Of a stretch of 64,000 nt of DNA, positions 19,739 to 29,102 are shown in pieces. Made by a program: the position numbers and the translations under genes. Origin of the DNA: a virus; IMG/VR virus record IMGVR_UViG_3300025450_000013. The stretch is one strand, 5' to 3'. Numbering within the stretch: position 1 is the stretch's first letter; every line of letters begins with the position of its first letter. Under the pieces are notes generated by a model, which saw only the letters and a list, made by a program, of their open reading frames with translations, ran no database searches and had not been told where the DNA came from.

Positions 19739-20132
19739 ATGTCATTTCTCCCGTGTTTTGGTTTCTCAATACTATAGGTTTGCCTGGGTTCTTATTGGCA
19801 TATTCTCTAATCTCGGCGAGGCAATCGTCCTCTTCTAAATACTTTCGCCATGTCTTATGCTTACGCTTTTCCATCTTTGCAGTATGGAACACATGTGATG
19901 AAACCTCAAATACTGCTGCGCCTGCGAATGTTTCTTCTTTAACCAAACTTGGTATTGTTCGTTTCATCATATCAGGAAATAGCAAAGGTGACTTGGTCTT
20001 ACCGTATCGTTTCTTCTGCGAACTTACAGGCATACCTGGTTCACCTTGCGGACCTACACCAATACCTGCTATACCACCAGCACCTGCATTATTGGTTGGT
20101 GCTCCTACACCGTCTTCGTAAACCCTCTTCAT
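19707..20132 (-). CDS. Hypothetical protein, probably virion-associated
   Basis: EDGVGAPTNNAGAGGIAG motif; lies in the late cluster. Confidence 0.65.
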   Translation of the reverse strand: MKRVYEDGVGAPTNNAGAGGIAGIGVGPQGEPGMPVSSQKKRYGKTKSPLLFPDMMKRTIPSLVKEETFAGAAVFEVSSHVFHTAKMEKRKHKTWRKYLEEDDCLAEIREYANKNPGKPIVLRNQNTGEMTYARYGNKRKV

Positions 20133-20521
20133 TGTAGATTCCTTAATATGTCCGCAATATCCAGATCAACTGGTATTTCTTCTTGCCTTACATAGTATTT
20201 ATCAAACGAGACAGTTAATCTTTTAGGTAAATAGTTAAGAAATATAAGAATAGTTTTGAGGAGTGGATAATCTTCTTTATCCACTTTGAAGAATAGCATA
20301 TTCACTGTCGCTTCAACACCAAACACATTAGCAAGGATGATTACATGGTTTAGAACCAACCTCTCCTTGAACTCACCAGTTTGTCTATACTTTCGTAATA
20401 ACCTTTTTACATACTTTATTCTCTTTAGATCATCCTCAAACTCCGATTGTAGGATATGAGGACGATCATAAGATTTTGCAGCATAGATAAGAAAGTTATC
20501 ATCACTTAAATCATTTATCAT
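20129..20521 (-). CDS. Conserved T4-like hypothetical protein
   Basis: NFLIYAAKSY..EFEDDLKRIKYVKRLL..RLVLNHVIIL.NVFG. Confidence 0.8.
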   Translation of the reverse strand: MINDLSDDNFLIYAAKSYDRPHILQSEFEDDLKRIKYVKRLLRKYRQTGEFKERLVLNHVIILANVFGVEATVNMLFFKVDKEDYPLLKTILIFLNYLPKRLTVSFDKYYVRQEEIPVDLDIADILRNLQ

Positions 20522-20527
20522 TACATT

Positions 20528-21367
20528 TTATTCAGATGCCAAGTTGTGTTTTGATGGATCGTATTTATCTTTTCTAATACGATGAACTCCACCACCTGTA
20601 GCAGCATGTGGATCACCCTTGTTTGTTACAAGAACGGTATCAGATTTTTCTTTACCAATACCAAGACCCTGCTTAACTGCGGTAGAAACCTTCTTCTTCA
20701 TTTTTTTCATAGCATATGATTTCTTTACAGGTGTCAGACCTTCGTCAAGGTCTTCATCTTCCTTAACAACAGCAGGCCATTCTTTATCTAACTTACCATT
20801 AGCAAGTTTCTTATCTTTTGTTCTTTCAGATGTATCCATAGCCTGTTTGGTACTTGGAGAACCATTGTTACCATCGGTATGCATTGGTTCTTTAACAGCA
20901 CTTCTCTGGCTCTGTGTTACTTTATCCCAACATTCTTTCATGGTCATCTCGGCTGTATCAAGCATTTTGTCTAGTTCTGCTTTATCAACAACCTTAGCAA
21001 CACATAAAAACATACCCATAATCTGTGTATATTGGAAGAATAGATGATACTGAACTGGCACTTCACGAATAAACTCACCTTGGTCGCTCATACCCATCTT
21101 TTCACCAAACTGTCTAATCTCATAGACCTCTACACCTTTATCACCTTCCAAAAATGTTCTCTTTGGAAGGATAATGCTAAAGTAGGCAAGGGCCTTAGAA
21201 ATCTTACGCAGTGTAATGTAAGGTGTAATATGTGAACGGCTACAGATGCCAGCAAGAATGGCATTAACCTCGGAACGAACTGCATCGTTTTCTAGGTCAA
21301 AGTTGCCATTCTCTACATTTGCAGTTGGAAGGACTTCCTCACTAATAAATGACTTAAAACTTTTCAT
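20528..21367 (-). CDS. Probable internal head protein with capsid-targeting-like N-terminus
   Basis: MKSFKSFISEE resembles the T4 internal-protein CTS; internal hydrophobic-x-E motifs. Confidence 0.65.
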   Translation of the reverse strand: MKSFKSFISEEVLPTANVENGNFDLENDAVRSEVNAILAGICSRSHITPYITLRKISKALAYFSIILPKRTFLEGDKGVEVYEIRQFGEKMGMSDQGEFIREVPVQYHLFFQYTQIMGMFLCVAKVVDKAELDKMLDTAEMTMKECWDKVTQSQRSAVKEPMHTDGNNGSPSTKQAMDTSERTKDKKLANGKLDKEWPAVVKEDEDLDEGLTPVKKSYAMKKMKKKVSTAVKQGLGIGKEKSDTVLVTNKGDPHAATGGGVHRIRKDKYDPSKHNLASE

Positions 21368-21385
21368 AGTGGATATCCTTCTTTA

Positions 21386-22033
21386 TTATGGTGTATACCA
21401 AATAACTGTTGCGCTTGTTGAGGTTACAGTATTTGAGTTTGCGGCCGAAACAACACACTGGAAGGTGTTACCATTTGCAGTCTTGTTGTTAGCAGTAAAT
21501 GTAGCAGATGTTGGGTTGTAATACTTGCCAGCAGAACCTGTAACGTTGGTCCATGATGTACCAGTGTTTACCTGCCACTGATAAGATAGTGTAGCACCTG
21601 CTGGTGTAGATGAAGCAGCAACGGTGAAAGTAACATTCTGTGGAGCACCATTCATTGTGCTGCTTACTGGTTGTGTAACAATTCTCAATGTATAGTCTGG
21701 GAACCAGAGGCCATCATTGCTTCCATCACCAGGAATTGAATTTGTAGCAACAAGTGTTTCATATGTTACACGTCCTGCGCGGCCGCCTGTACCTTCTTTA
21801 CGAAGAACCCAACCAGCATGATAACCATGACCTGTTGGGCTAGCTTGGATTTCTTGTGCAGAAACACCAAACTGACCGTAGATGACGTTTGGATTTAGAT
21901 GTGGGCCAACGGCACCTGCTGTATCATTCTCAAAGATTAGTGCGGCGTTTGCCTCATTTACTGGCATACCCATTTGAATGACTGCTGCAAAATCTGAGTT
22001 AGCAGCATTATTATAAGTTCCCCATAATGGCAT
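21386..22033 (-). CDS. Virion structural protein with C-terminal Ig-like domain
   Basis: MPLWG..HAGWV..GGRAGRVTYETLVA; VTQP..FTVAA..LSYQWQ..FQCVVS. Confidence 0.75.
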   Translation of the reverse strand: MPLWGTYNNAANSDFAAVIQMGMPVNEANAALIFENDTAGAVGPHLNPNVIYGQFGVSAQEIQASPTGHGYHAGWVLRKEGTGGRAGRVTYETLVATNSIPGDGSNDGLWFPDYTLRIVTQPVSSTMNGAPQNVTFTVAASSTPAGATLSYQWQVNTGTSWTNVTGSAGKYYNPTSATFTANNKTANGNTFQCVVSAANSNTVTSTSATVIWYTP

Positions 22034-22059
22034 TTTAGTTTTCCTTCTCTATGATAGGT

Positions 22060-22956
22060 TTAATTTACAGATTGTTGTTGCATCCCTGCTTTAACAGGGT
22101 TTACTTCAATTGGATCCGCTGGTTGACCTGTGGCAGTTTTGCCAGGGTTTAGCATCTTTTGATCGGTTGATTTCTGCAAGGCAACCTTAGTTGCTTCCTG
22201 TGCCAACTTTTTGGATGATCCATAACGATGTTCAAGGGCACCGAGTGTACCGCTACCCTGATTGTTTGATCCCTTTTGTGAAGGTACCTTATTTATTCCT
22301 TCACTTAAACCAGACGGTCTCTTCGGTGGAATAGGTGCTGGTGTTGGTGCAGCCGGTGCTGGTGTAGTAGGTTTAGGTGCTGGTACTGACGGAACACCAG
22401 GTGCAGTTGATTTATTCTGGTCCGGTTCTGTCTTAACCGATGCCTTAACGTCCAAATCAGCCGGTCTTGAAGGTGGTGTTGGTGTCTGTGCAGGTTCTGG
22501 TTTTGGAGATTGTGCGGGTTCCGGTACAGAAGTTCCTGAAGATGAAACTTTTATATCATCTGGATTCCACTTAGTATCACCTTGTGACTTATCTGCTTTG
22601 AAATTAGCAGATGTTGGGTCATTAGCACCACCTTTTACAGCAGTTTTACCTTTAATTGCGTTCATATACTGACCGAGTGTTGCACCTGGATTGAATTTTC
22701 TGAAATCATCCAATTCAGCTTTAGACACAACACCTGGTTTAGAGGTGTATGATGATTTGGTAGTTGGTGCAGTTTTGTTTGTTGGAGCAGGTTTTGACAA
22801 AGGTTCTGTTGTGTCTGGTTTAAAACCTGCTTTTTTAACTGCGGCATGAGAATAATCGCTATATGATTTTGCAGCTTTGCCAACAGCATCAGCGGCATAA
22901 TCTAGGCCCTGTTTAGAAAACATTGTATCAAACAAGTCCTTAAAAGAAGATTTCAT
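22060..22956 (-). CDS. Pro/Lys-rich low-complexity protein (possibly the frameshift extension of the upstream gene)
   Basis: PEPAQ/PAP repeats; no properly spaced RBS. Confidence 0.7.
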   Translation of the reverse strand: MKSSFKDLFDTMFSKQGLDYAADAVGKAAKSYSDYSHAAVKKAGFKPDTTEPLSKPAPTNKTAPTTKSSYTSKPGVVSKAELDDFRKFNPGATLGQYMNAIKGKTAVKGGANDPTSANFKADKSQGDTKWNPDDIKVSSSGTSVPEPAQSPKPEPAQTPTPPSRPADLDVKASVKTEPDQNKSTAPGVPSVPAPKPTTPAPAAPTPAPIPPKRPSGLSEGINKVPSQKGSNNQGSGTLGALEHRYGSSKKLAQEATKVALQKSTDQKMLNPGKTATGQPADPIEVNPVKAGMQQQSVN

Positions 22957-22988
22957 CTCATTTACCGACTTACCAGTTGCCTGTGCGT

Positions 22989-24458
22989 TTAAAAAGACTG
23001 TTCTTCCTTCATATGCTTTGCACGGATCTTGGCAAGGATAGCACCTGCTACCTTCTTACCTTTTTCTTCTGAACCATATTCTTTACCGGCTTTCTTGGCA
23101 ATCTTTGAGAACATTTTGTCTGGTTTGCCGAGGTCTTTACCAGCACGACCAGCCTTTGCTGAATATGCTGCCTCTTCCATTTTCTTAGGTGCTTCGTGTG
23201 CAGTTGAACCAGCAGCCTTATGGAAACGGCCATGGTCAAAACGAGGATTCTGCTTTGCGAAGATACCTGCGTGATGTGTAGCAAGTTCATTTCTCTTTTC
23301 TTGGGACTCATGACCTTTGATTAGGTCTGCGACCTGCTGGAAATGCTTGCGTGAAACTGCCTCATCGAGGTGTTCTTCTGGTAGATGCGGTTTTGGACGA
23401 CCACGTTCACGCTCAATCTTGGCAGATGTCTGTTTTGCCCAAGATTTTTGTGTAGTCTTATTATATTTACCAGACTTTGTTGGTGTTGAGTATTCTGAAC
23501 GACCTGAATGACCATCATTACCTTTTATTCTTGACCGTCCTTCACCGCGACCTGGCTTTTCGTTCTTACCCTGCTTACGTTCAAGATGTTTGCGGAGTCT
23601 ATCTGATGTTTTGCCGGCCCAATGATAATCGGATACCTGGCCATTATCAAGATTATCTTGTGATTTTTTATAGGCCTTGATAGCAAGTTTTTTTGAGACT
23701 TCATCCAACTTTGCTTCTCTCATAGCACCGATTTTAGCAGCAAGACCTGCTTTATCTGCGGCAGATGGACCTGATGTGTCTGCTTTTGGTGCTGTAGTTG
23801 AAACAACTGGTTTGTTATCTTTTGTAACAGCAGCACGGTCTGGAGCAGAGTAATCAATCTCTTCTGGTAGATTTGGTTTTGTATGCTTACCGATTTGGTT
23901 TTTGATCTGACTTTTTAGATCAACACCGTGCTTTTTCTGCTGTGCTTTACTGTACCATTTATCTGGATCTTTTCTGTGAGCCAACACATCTTTATTCGGA
24001 CCATCACTGATCTTACCTTTTTTGTTTAGTTGAAACTTAGTTTCATGTCCGTCTTCACGATCTTCTGATGAGTCGGTACCCCAAGTCTTACCTTCACGGC
24101 CTGGTTTGCGCCATTGTGATCCCTCTTCCATCTTGCCAGCAGCCTTAGCAGCACGGAAGCGTGAACCCCATACTTCGTCTTTTGGAGATTCAATCTTGCC
24201 GTCTTTGTCATAGTCTTTGTCAGCAAGTTTTTTGCCTTCTGTAAGATTGCCTGCCATCATGCCTTTATAGACTTCTTCAATACGAGCATCATATGCGGCA
24301 AGGTGTTCGCGGACAACTGCGTTGCGATTGAATACGCCGAACTCTTCGTTGACGGCGTTGATTGCTTCGCGGCGCTTCTGGCCTAGTTCCATAGCGGCTT
24401 TGGCGGCTTCCACCAAAGGGTCTGCTTTCTTTGAGTTAAATTTGTTAGAGAATACCAT
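22989..24458 (-). CDS. Highly charged probable internal head polyprotein
   Basis: Late promoter and AAGGA RBS; repeated LTEG/MEEG/LPEE/LDEV/LDEA/MEEA/MKEE motifs. Confidence 0.75.
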   Translation of the reverse strand: MVFSNKFNSKKADPLVEAAKAAMELGQKRREAINAVNEEFGVFNRNAVVREHLAAYDARIEEVYKGMMAGNLTEGKKLADKDYDKDGKIESPKDEVWGSRFRAAKAAGKMEEGSQWRKPGREGKTWGTDSSEDREDGHETKFQLNKKGKISDGPNKDVLAHRKDPDKWYSKAQQKKHGVDLKSQIKNQIGKHTKPNLPEEIDYSAPDRAAVTKDNKPVVSTTAPKADTSGPSAADKAGLAAKIGAMREAKLDEVSKKLAIKAYKKSQDNLDNGQVSDYHWAGKTSDRLRKHLERKQGKNEKPGRGEGRSRIKGNDGHSGRSEYSTPTKSGKYNKTTQKSWAKQTSAKIERERGRPKPHLPEEHLDEAVSRKHFQQVADLIKGHESQEKRNELATHHAGIFAKQNPRFDHGRFHKAAGSTAHEAPKKMEEAAYSAKAGRAGKDLGKPDKMFSKIAKKAGKEYGSEEKGKKVAGAILAKIRAKHMKEEQSF

Positions 24459-24508
24459 GTTAGTTTCCTTTGAAAGTTGTCCTAGTCGGATAATATAAAA
24501 TGTTCCTA

Positions 24509-26545
24509 CTATTTAGTATATTTCTTTTTCTTATATTTCTGTTTTTTAAATAATGATGTTTTTTCATCTTCTGCTTTTGCATCAGGTCTTACATCTTCTG
24601 GAGGACCACCAGTAGCAGATGCCGAAGCCATAGTTCCAGAATATGGGTCATCCAAACTTTCTTTCTTCAATCTATCGGCAACTTCTTTAAGTTTCTTGTC
24701 GGCCAAGGCACCATACTTTGCCTTGAACCTTCTTCGTGTTTCTTCTTTCACCATCCAACGGTCAATCTGCTTGCTATTGGCACCGTTTACACCGGTGAAA
24801 TCTAAACTTTGGTTATCACCGAAACCAGGACCTTTAGGCATACCAGCTTCGTCTCCTACTCTATCACCACCAATAGGACCAGGATTCTGGTTTCTTGGAT
24901 CTAAAGGTGAAGGTTTTTCTTCTTTTCTCATTTTGTTATTCAATTTTAATACTTTCATAGTTGCGAACTTACCAGGTTCTTGGCCTGGCGTGTCTAGTTT
25001 ATATTTGTCTGTAAGTTGCTGTGTGCCCCAGTTACCAGCACCACCAACCTCGTTTAGCATTTTTTCAAATCGCTTATCTGCCTCATTCAAAGCAAACTCT
25101 GCGATTTCTTTTGAAACAGAATGAATTAGTTTATCATATGTTTCTTTGATTACATTTTCGTTTAGGTTTAGATCAAGGTCATTCTTGACCTCAATTACCT
25201 TTTCAAATAACTGGTCAAAGCGGTCAAGGGACTCTTGTGCACCTTTCCACTTGGCAAAGCGAACTGCCTCGGTGATTACACGACCACCTTTGGTTGCTCT
25301 GGATTCATTTCGTTGTTTGGATACCTCGTTGCTGGTATTCACAAACACCATAATAGTTTCATAGCCTTGGATTTCCAAGGCCTCTTTGATTGTCTTTACT
25401 GTAAGGTAATCAGAAGCACCATTCACTACAATAGCACCTTGGAGTTTCTGGTTATGGAAAGTATCTGCGGATACCTCGGTGAATCCAAATGGCAGAATGG
25501 CCTCTTTTAGGATTTTATCTTTACCAGAACCAGGTGTACCAGAAAGAATAATAGCCTTTTCTTCACCAACGTAGGTCATATCAAAGTAGGATGGATTGTC
25601 TTGTCCAAAATAACGCATAACCTTGCCGGCCTCGGAGTTGGCCTCGTTCTCAATCTTGGAACCTGTTGCTCCTTCTTTTTTGATATTCTTACCAAGGAGA
25701 CCATCGAGGTTCTGTTTGTGGTGAACCAACTCATGTGCTACCGAACGGAAGATATCCATTGGATGTCGGTTCTTTGTAGAAATCCTAACCAACTTTTCGG
25801 ATGGTGAGTAAGAAGCAAATGAAGGTTGGTTTACTGGATTCTTATCTCCACTTTCATCTGAACCCATATACTGAACTCTTGGTTTCTCATCAATACCAAG
25901 ATGGGCACAGGTGTAGTCAACAAAAGACATTAGTTTTTCATGGAACTCTTTACGAGACATTGCACTAGTTTGTTCTTTAAGATACCATTCTTTTAGTTGT
26001 GTTCTGGTTGCTGTAAAGATTTTTCTAGCAAGTGCTTTATCTTTGGCAGCCGATGACTTGGCGAATGTAGCAAAGTCACCCTTGCGAACAGCGGCACGTA
26101 GAGCAGTTCCAGAAATACCCTGCTTTCTAGCACCAGATGATACAACCTTGAACTTCTTAAATGGATAATGTTTTTTAGGATCAAAACCTTTAGCAGTCTT
26201 AGGCATAACATACTTGCCAAGTTGTGTTCTAAACTCATTGACACGGTCATCACCAACCACAAATGTAACATCTTCATAACCTTCATCTGCCAGTTTCTTA
26301 CAGATAGCAAATGCGGTCTTCATAGAAGGGTCATCCACAAAGTTTACACCAGGGAAAATCTGACGAAGAAACGCCATCTTTTGTTTTGGTGATAGTGGAT
26401 TTTTGGAGGAGTCGTGTGATTGGGATGTATAGATGCGGTGATCAGCACCAGTTTTATTTGCCAAATTTACGGCATAATGGATTAGTTCTGCATGGCCTGT
26501 GGTCGGTGGATTATAACGGCCAAATGTGAATACTATTTTTTTCAT
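24509..26545 (-). CDS. Multidomain protein: cytidylyltransferase-like + HExxH domain + P-loop kinase-like
   Basis: FGRYNPPTTGH and ISGTALR; VAHELVHHKQ; LSGTPGSGKD; linkers contain LKE/VGEE/LNE. Confidence 0.8.
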   Translation of the reverse strand: MKKIVFTFGRYNPPTTGHAELIHYAVNLANKTGADHRIYTSQSHDSSKNPLSPKQKMAFLRQIFPGVNFVDDPSMKTAFAICKKLADEGYEDVTFVVGDDRVNEFRTQLGKYVMPKTAKGFDPKKHYPFKKFKVVSSGARKQGISGTALRAAVRKGDFATFAKSSAAKDKALARKIFTATRTQLKEWYLKEQTSAMSRKEFHEKLMSFVDYTCAHLGIDEKPRVQYMGSDESGDKNPVNQPSFASYSPSEKLVRISTKNRHPMDIFRSVAHELVHHKQNLDGLLGKNIKKEGATGSKIENEANSEAGKVMRYFGQDNPSYFDMTYVGEEKAIILSGTPGSGKDKILKEAILPFGFTEVSADTFHNQKLQGAIVVNGASDYLTVKTIKEALEIQGYETIMVFVNTSNEVSKQRNESRATKGGRVITEAVRFAKWKGAQESLDRFDQLFEKVIEVKNDLDLNLNENVIKETYDKLIHSVSKEIAEFALNEADKRFEKMLNEVGGAGNWGTQQLTDKYKLDTPGQEPGKFATMKVLKLNNKMRKEEKPSPLDPRNQNPGPIGGDRVGDEAGMPKGPGFGDNQSLDFTGVNGANSKQIDRWMVKEETRRRFKAKYGALADKKLKEVADRLKKESLDDPYSGTMASASATGGPPEDVRPDAKAEDEKTSLFKKQKYKKKKYTK
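24510..24516 (-). promoter_or_regulatory. T4-type late promoter motif (C/A)TAAATA
   Basis: Same motif precedes genes at 26571, 30120, 33953, 34664, 37185, 52359, 53366, 54574, 60563 and occurs in all four cassettes; similar to T4 gp55 TATAAATA. Confidence 0.7.
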
Positions 26546-26639
26546 ATCTCTCCCTCTGCGGGTTTAAAGTTATTTATATTTCTCTTCTTCTCGGACCTTT
26601 CGCACGATACGTCTAATGGTTTCCAGTATTGATACTGGT

Positions 26640-27245
26640 TTATTTTCCGTAACGGGAAGGGACTCCGGTTTTTGGGTTGACAAGGTATGCTTCAAAATCT
26701 ATCTCCGGGTGTAACTTTGCTAGTTGTAATAACATATTTAGGTTACCTTCATGGTCATCCCACATTCGGATCTTGTTGAACTTACCGCTGTCAATATACT
26801 TACGAATAACAACAGCCTTAGATAATGGTGCCGCATTACCACCACCAAATACATTACCAGAACGTTCTACATGAACCTGGTCAATAGGGAATCCATGGTC
26901 ACGGAACTTTTTGAGAAACATATCTTTGTCGGATACGTCTGCTCTTGCGGTTACGATAATGGTACGAGAGTGTGCGCCTTGATGACCAACAACCAACTGG
27001 GCCCGTCTAATCATCTTCTCAATAGGTTCTGCTTTATCATGGAAATACTTACCAGACCTAAATTCACCAAAGTCTAGTCGTTCACCTGGTTTTGGTTTAT
27101 AATGTTTTAAATCTTCGGATGAAAGACGGGCAACAACCTTGCCGTCTTTTACAACATTTGTCTTGGCATTAGGCATAAACAACGTATCGTCAATATCAAA
27201 GATGTTTAGTGTACCTTGACCTACTTTTGTTTTAAACTTTTTCAT
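26640..27245 (-). CDS. HAD-superfamily phosphatase
   Basis: [19 protein letters not shown] motifs. Confidence 0.8.
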   Translation of the reverse strand: MKKFKTKVGQGTLNIFDIDDTLFMPNAKTNVVKDGKVVARLSSEDLKHYKPKPGERLDFGEFRSGKYFHDKAEPIEKMIRRAQLVVGHQGAHSRTIIVTARADVSDKDMFLKKFRDHGFPIDQVHVERSGNVFGGGNAAPLSKAVVIRKYIDSGKFNKIRMWDDHEGNLNMLLQLAKLHPEIDFEAYLVNPKTGVPSRYGK

Positions 27246-27793
27246 TTTTTCTTTTCTCTGGTCTCTATATATTTTTTCACTCTTTCATCAGTTTCTTTTG
27301 TTAGTCCTTTATTCCAAGGTATTTTACCCTTGTGCGATTCACTCTGACTTTTTATCCACTTTTCACCTCTTGTTCTTGCGGCATGCCTTGCTCTTTCTGC
27401 TTGAGCCTTTTTCCATTCGGGATCTTGTTTTCTTTTTTCCATTGCTTCTTTATGCTTAGAACTATTCTTCATAGATTTACGCATTTTTTCATTTCTTTCA
27501 GGTGAACCAACAAAACCGGAAGTAGATTCACCACCATCAGTTTTATTCATTAGTATTCCTGTAACATTATCTTTACGACCATACCAACGAATGTATCTTC
27601 TTTCTAAAGCAAGAGCACCTATTTCAGTTAGATTGGACTCCATAATAACTATTTTTGATTTATCTTTTGGAACTGTAACTGTTCTGTGTTTAGTCCATGC
27701 TCTCTGTTTTTGTCCCTTACCTATGTAATAAGGTGTACCATCTTTTCTTAGATAAGCATAGACATAATAATGGTGGGGTGAATAAATAGACAT
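27242..27793 (-). CDS. Free-standing GIY-YIG homing endonuclease with NUMOD3-like tail
   Basis: Start MSIY; [39 protein letters not shown]; [13 protein letters not shown]. Confidence 0.88.
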   Translation of the reverse strand: MSIYSPHHYYVYAYLRKDGTPYYIGKGQKQRAWTKHRTVTVPKDKSKIVIMESNLTEIGALALERRYIRWYGRKDNVTGILMNKTDGGESTSGFVGSPERNEKMRKSMKNSSKHKEAMEKRKQDPEWKKAQAERARHAARTRGEKWIKSQSESHKGKIPWNKGLTKETDERVKKYIETREKKK

Positions 27794-27859
27794 GCTGATA
27801 CTCCTAAACAGTATTAGAGTCCGTGGGTGTTGTCGCACCGTGACGGACATCCTATTTAG
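27782..27859. repeat. Endonuclease-leader cassette copy C
   Basis: CTGATACT/AGTATTAG and GTCCGT.GGTG..CACC.GTG.ACGGAC; its CTAAATAG also provides the stop codon of the upstream gene. Confidence 0.88.
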
Positions 27860-29102
27860 GCTTCCATGATTTTTGCGCAAGGAAATTGGACCTTGAGAAG
27901 TTCATCCTGTCTACCAATTTCCACGCTTGGCCATCAACTGAAAGACAACCAACATATCCTTCTGGTGTAGTAACTTTATATCCACCATCCGGAGTATGTA
28001 GAAAAGTTCCAATATCGTTTACCTCATCAAATTTGCGAATAAGCATTGTCTTGGCATCTATGAATAGGTTCTGTAGTTGGAATATGTTTTTTAGTCCAGC
28101 GGCATTCTTCTTATACCAACCAACAACCTTATTCTTTTCCATAGTTCTTTTTTGTTTTGTAGCAGGCATCTTGGCATCGGCAATCTGTTTATCATACTTG
28201 TCTGAAACAAACTTGATGATTTCATTCACATGACCGGCACCCATGTGTTCGCCTGCTCGGACTTTTTGGTTATAATAAGTCATAATAGGAATACGATATG
28301 TATCGTTAGAGGCAATCTCGTTTAGTAGTGCCGCAGGTATTTGTCTGAATAGATTACCTGCCTGTGAAAGAATACCAGACAGTCTATCGTTTTCTGCCTT
28401 GGTTAGTGTGGCCTTACCTGTGACATCCATGAAACGATTTGTCCTATACCAGACATTGCGTGATGAATGTAACCGCCCAATATCAACATCGAAGTGAGTT
28501 TGAAGATTGGCCATACTATTACCGATGTAAGTAGTATGAAAAACAATTCCCATCTTAGCTGCCATAACCTGTTTGGCAAGTGTAGTACCTTCTGGTACAG
28601 CATAAGTAATCGTATTAGGCCTAAACGTAATATACTTTTTACCATCAATGGTCTCTGATTTTAGTTCATCATGTGAAAACATAAAATCACCATGGATGAT
28701 ACCTTTAATTCCAAGTTCTGGTAGATACTTTAATGCCAAAGATAGTTTTTCAGCCAAACCACCCGAATGGTTACTCCGAATATCCGATTGGGTGTAGTTT
28801 AGTTTGGCACCTTTGTTAAAGATACTTTTAGAACCGACAAAGAACTTACCGTTATCTGGGTTGATACCGGCATAGAGTGCGGGCGCGCCATCGAACTTAG
28901 TCCGAAGAATGAGACCACCAGAACGGCGGGCCTCATTCAGAGTTTTACCGTCATCGGCAAACATATCTCTTAGAGAGATTAAAAACTGTATAGCATTTCT
29001 TGTACCAGCAACACCACCTTCCAAGACAGCATCCTCAATATGTGTGAGGTGACGGTCTTTCTCGGCAGCGGATTCGGTAATATAAGTTGAAAATTTTTTC
29101 AC
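27852..29102 (-). CDS. Ligase-like nucleotidyltransferase (DUF6267-like) with CTS-like start
   Basis: GTG start [10 protein letters not shown] (TAGTG overlap); HLTHIED, TKFDGAP (KxDG), GDFMF, EGYV, KLVDR. Confidence 0.7.
   Translation of the reverse strand: MKKFSTYITESAAEKDRHLTHIEDAVLEGGVAGTRNAIQFLISLRDMFADDGKTLNEARRSGGLILRTKFDGAPALYAGINPDNGKFFVGSKSIFNKGAKLNYTQSDIRSNHSGGLAEKLSLALKYLPELGIKGIIHGDFMFSHDELKSETIDGKKYITFRPNTITYAVPEGTTLAKQVMAAKMGIVFHTTYIGNSMANLQTHFDVDIGRLHSSRNVWYRTNRFMDVTGKATLTKAENDRLSGILSQAGNLFRQIPAALLNEIASNDTYRIPIMTYYNQKVRAGEHMGAGHVNEIIKFVSDKYDKQIADAKMPATKQKRTMEKNKVVGWYKKNAAGLKNIFQLQNLFIDAKTMLIRKFDEVNDIGTFLHTPDGGYKVTTPEGYVGCLSVDGQAWKLVDRMNFSRSNFLAQKSWKPK

Noticed and set aside
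26570-26683. Frameshift linking the HAD gene to the downstream multidomain gene
   Set aside because: Both shifted frames stop without joining the downstream reading frame; a small TTG-start ORF is possible but unsupported.
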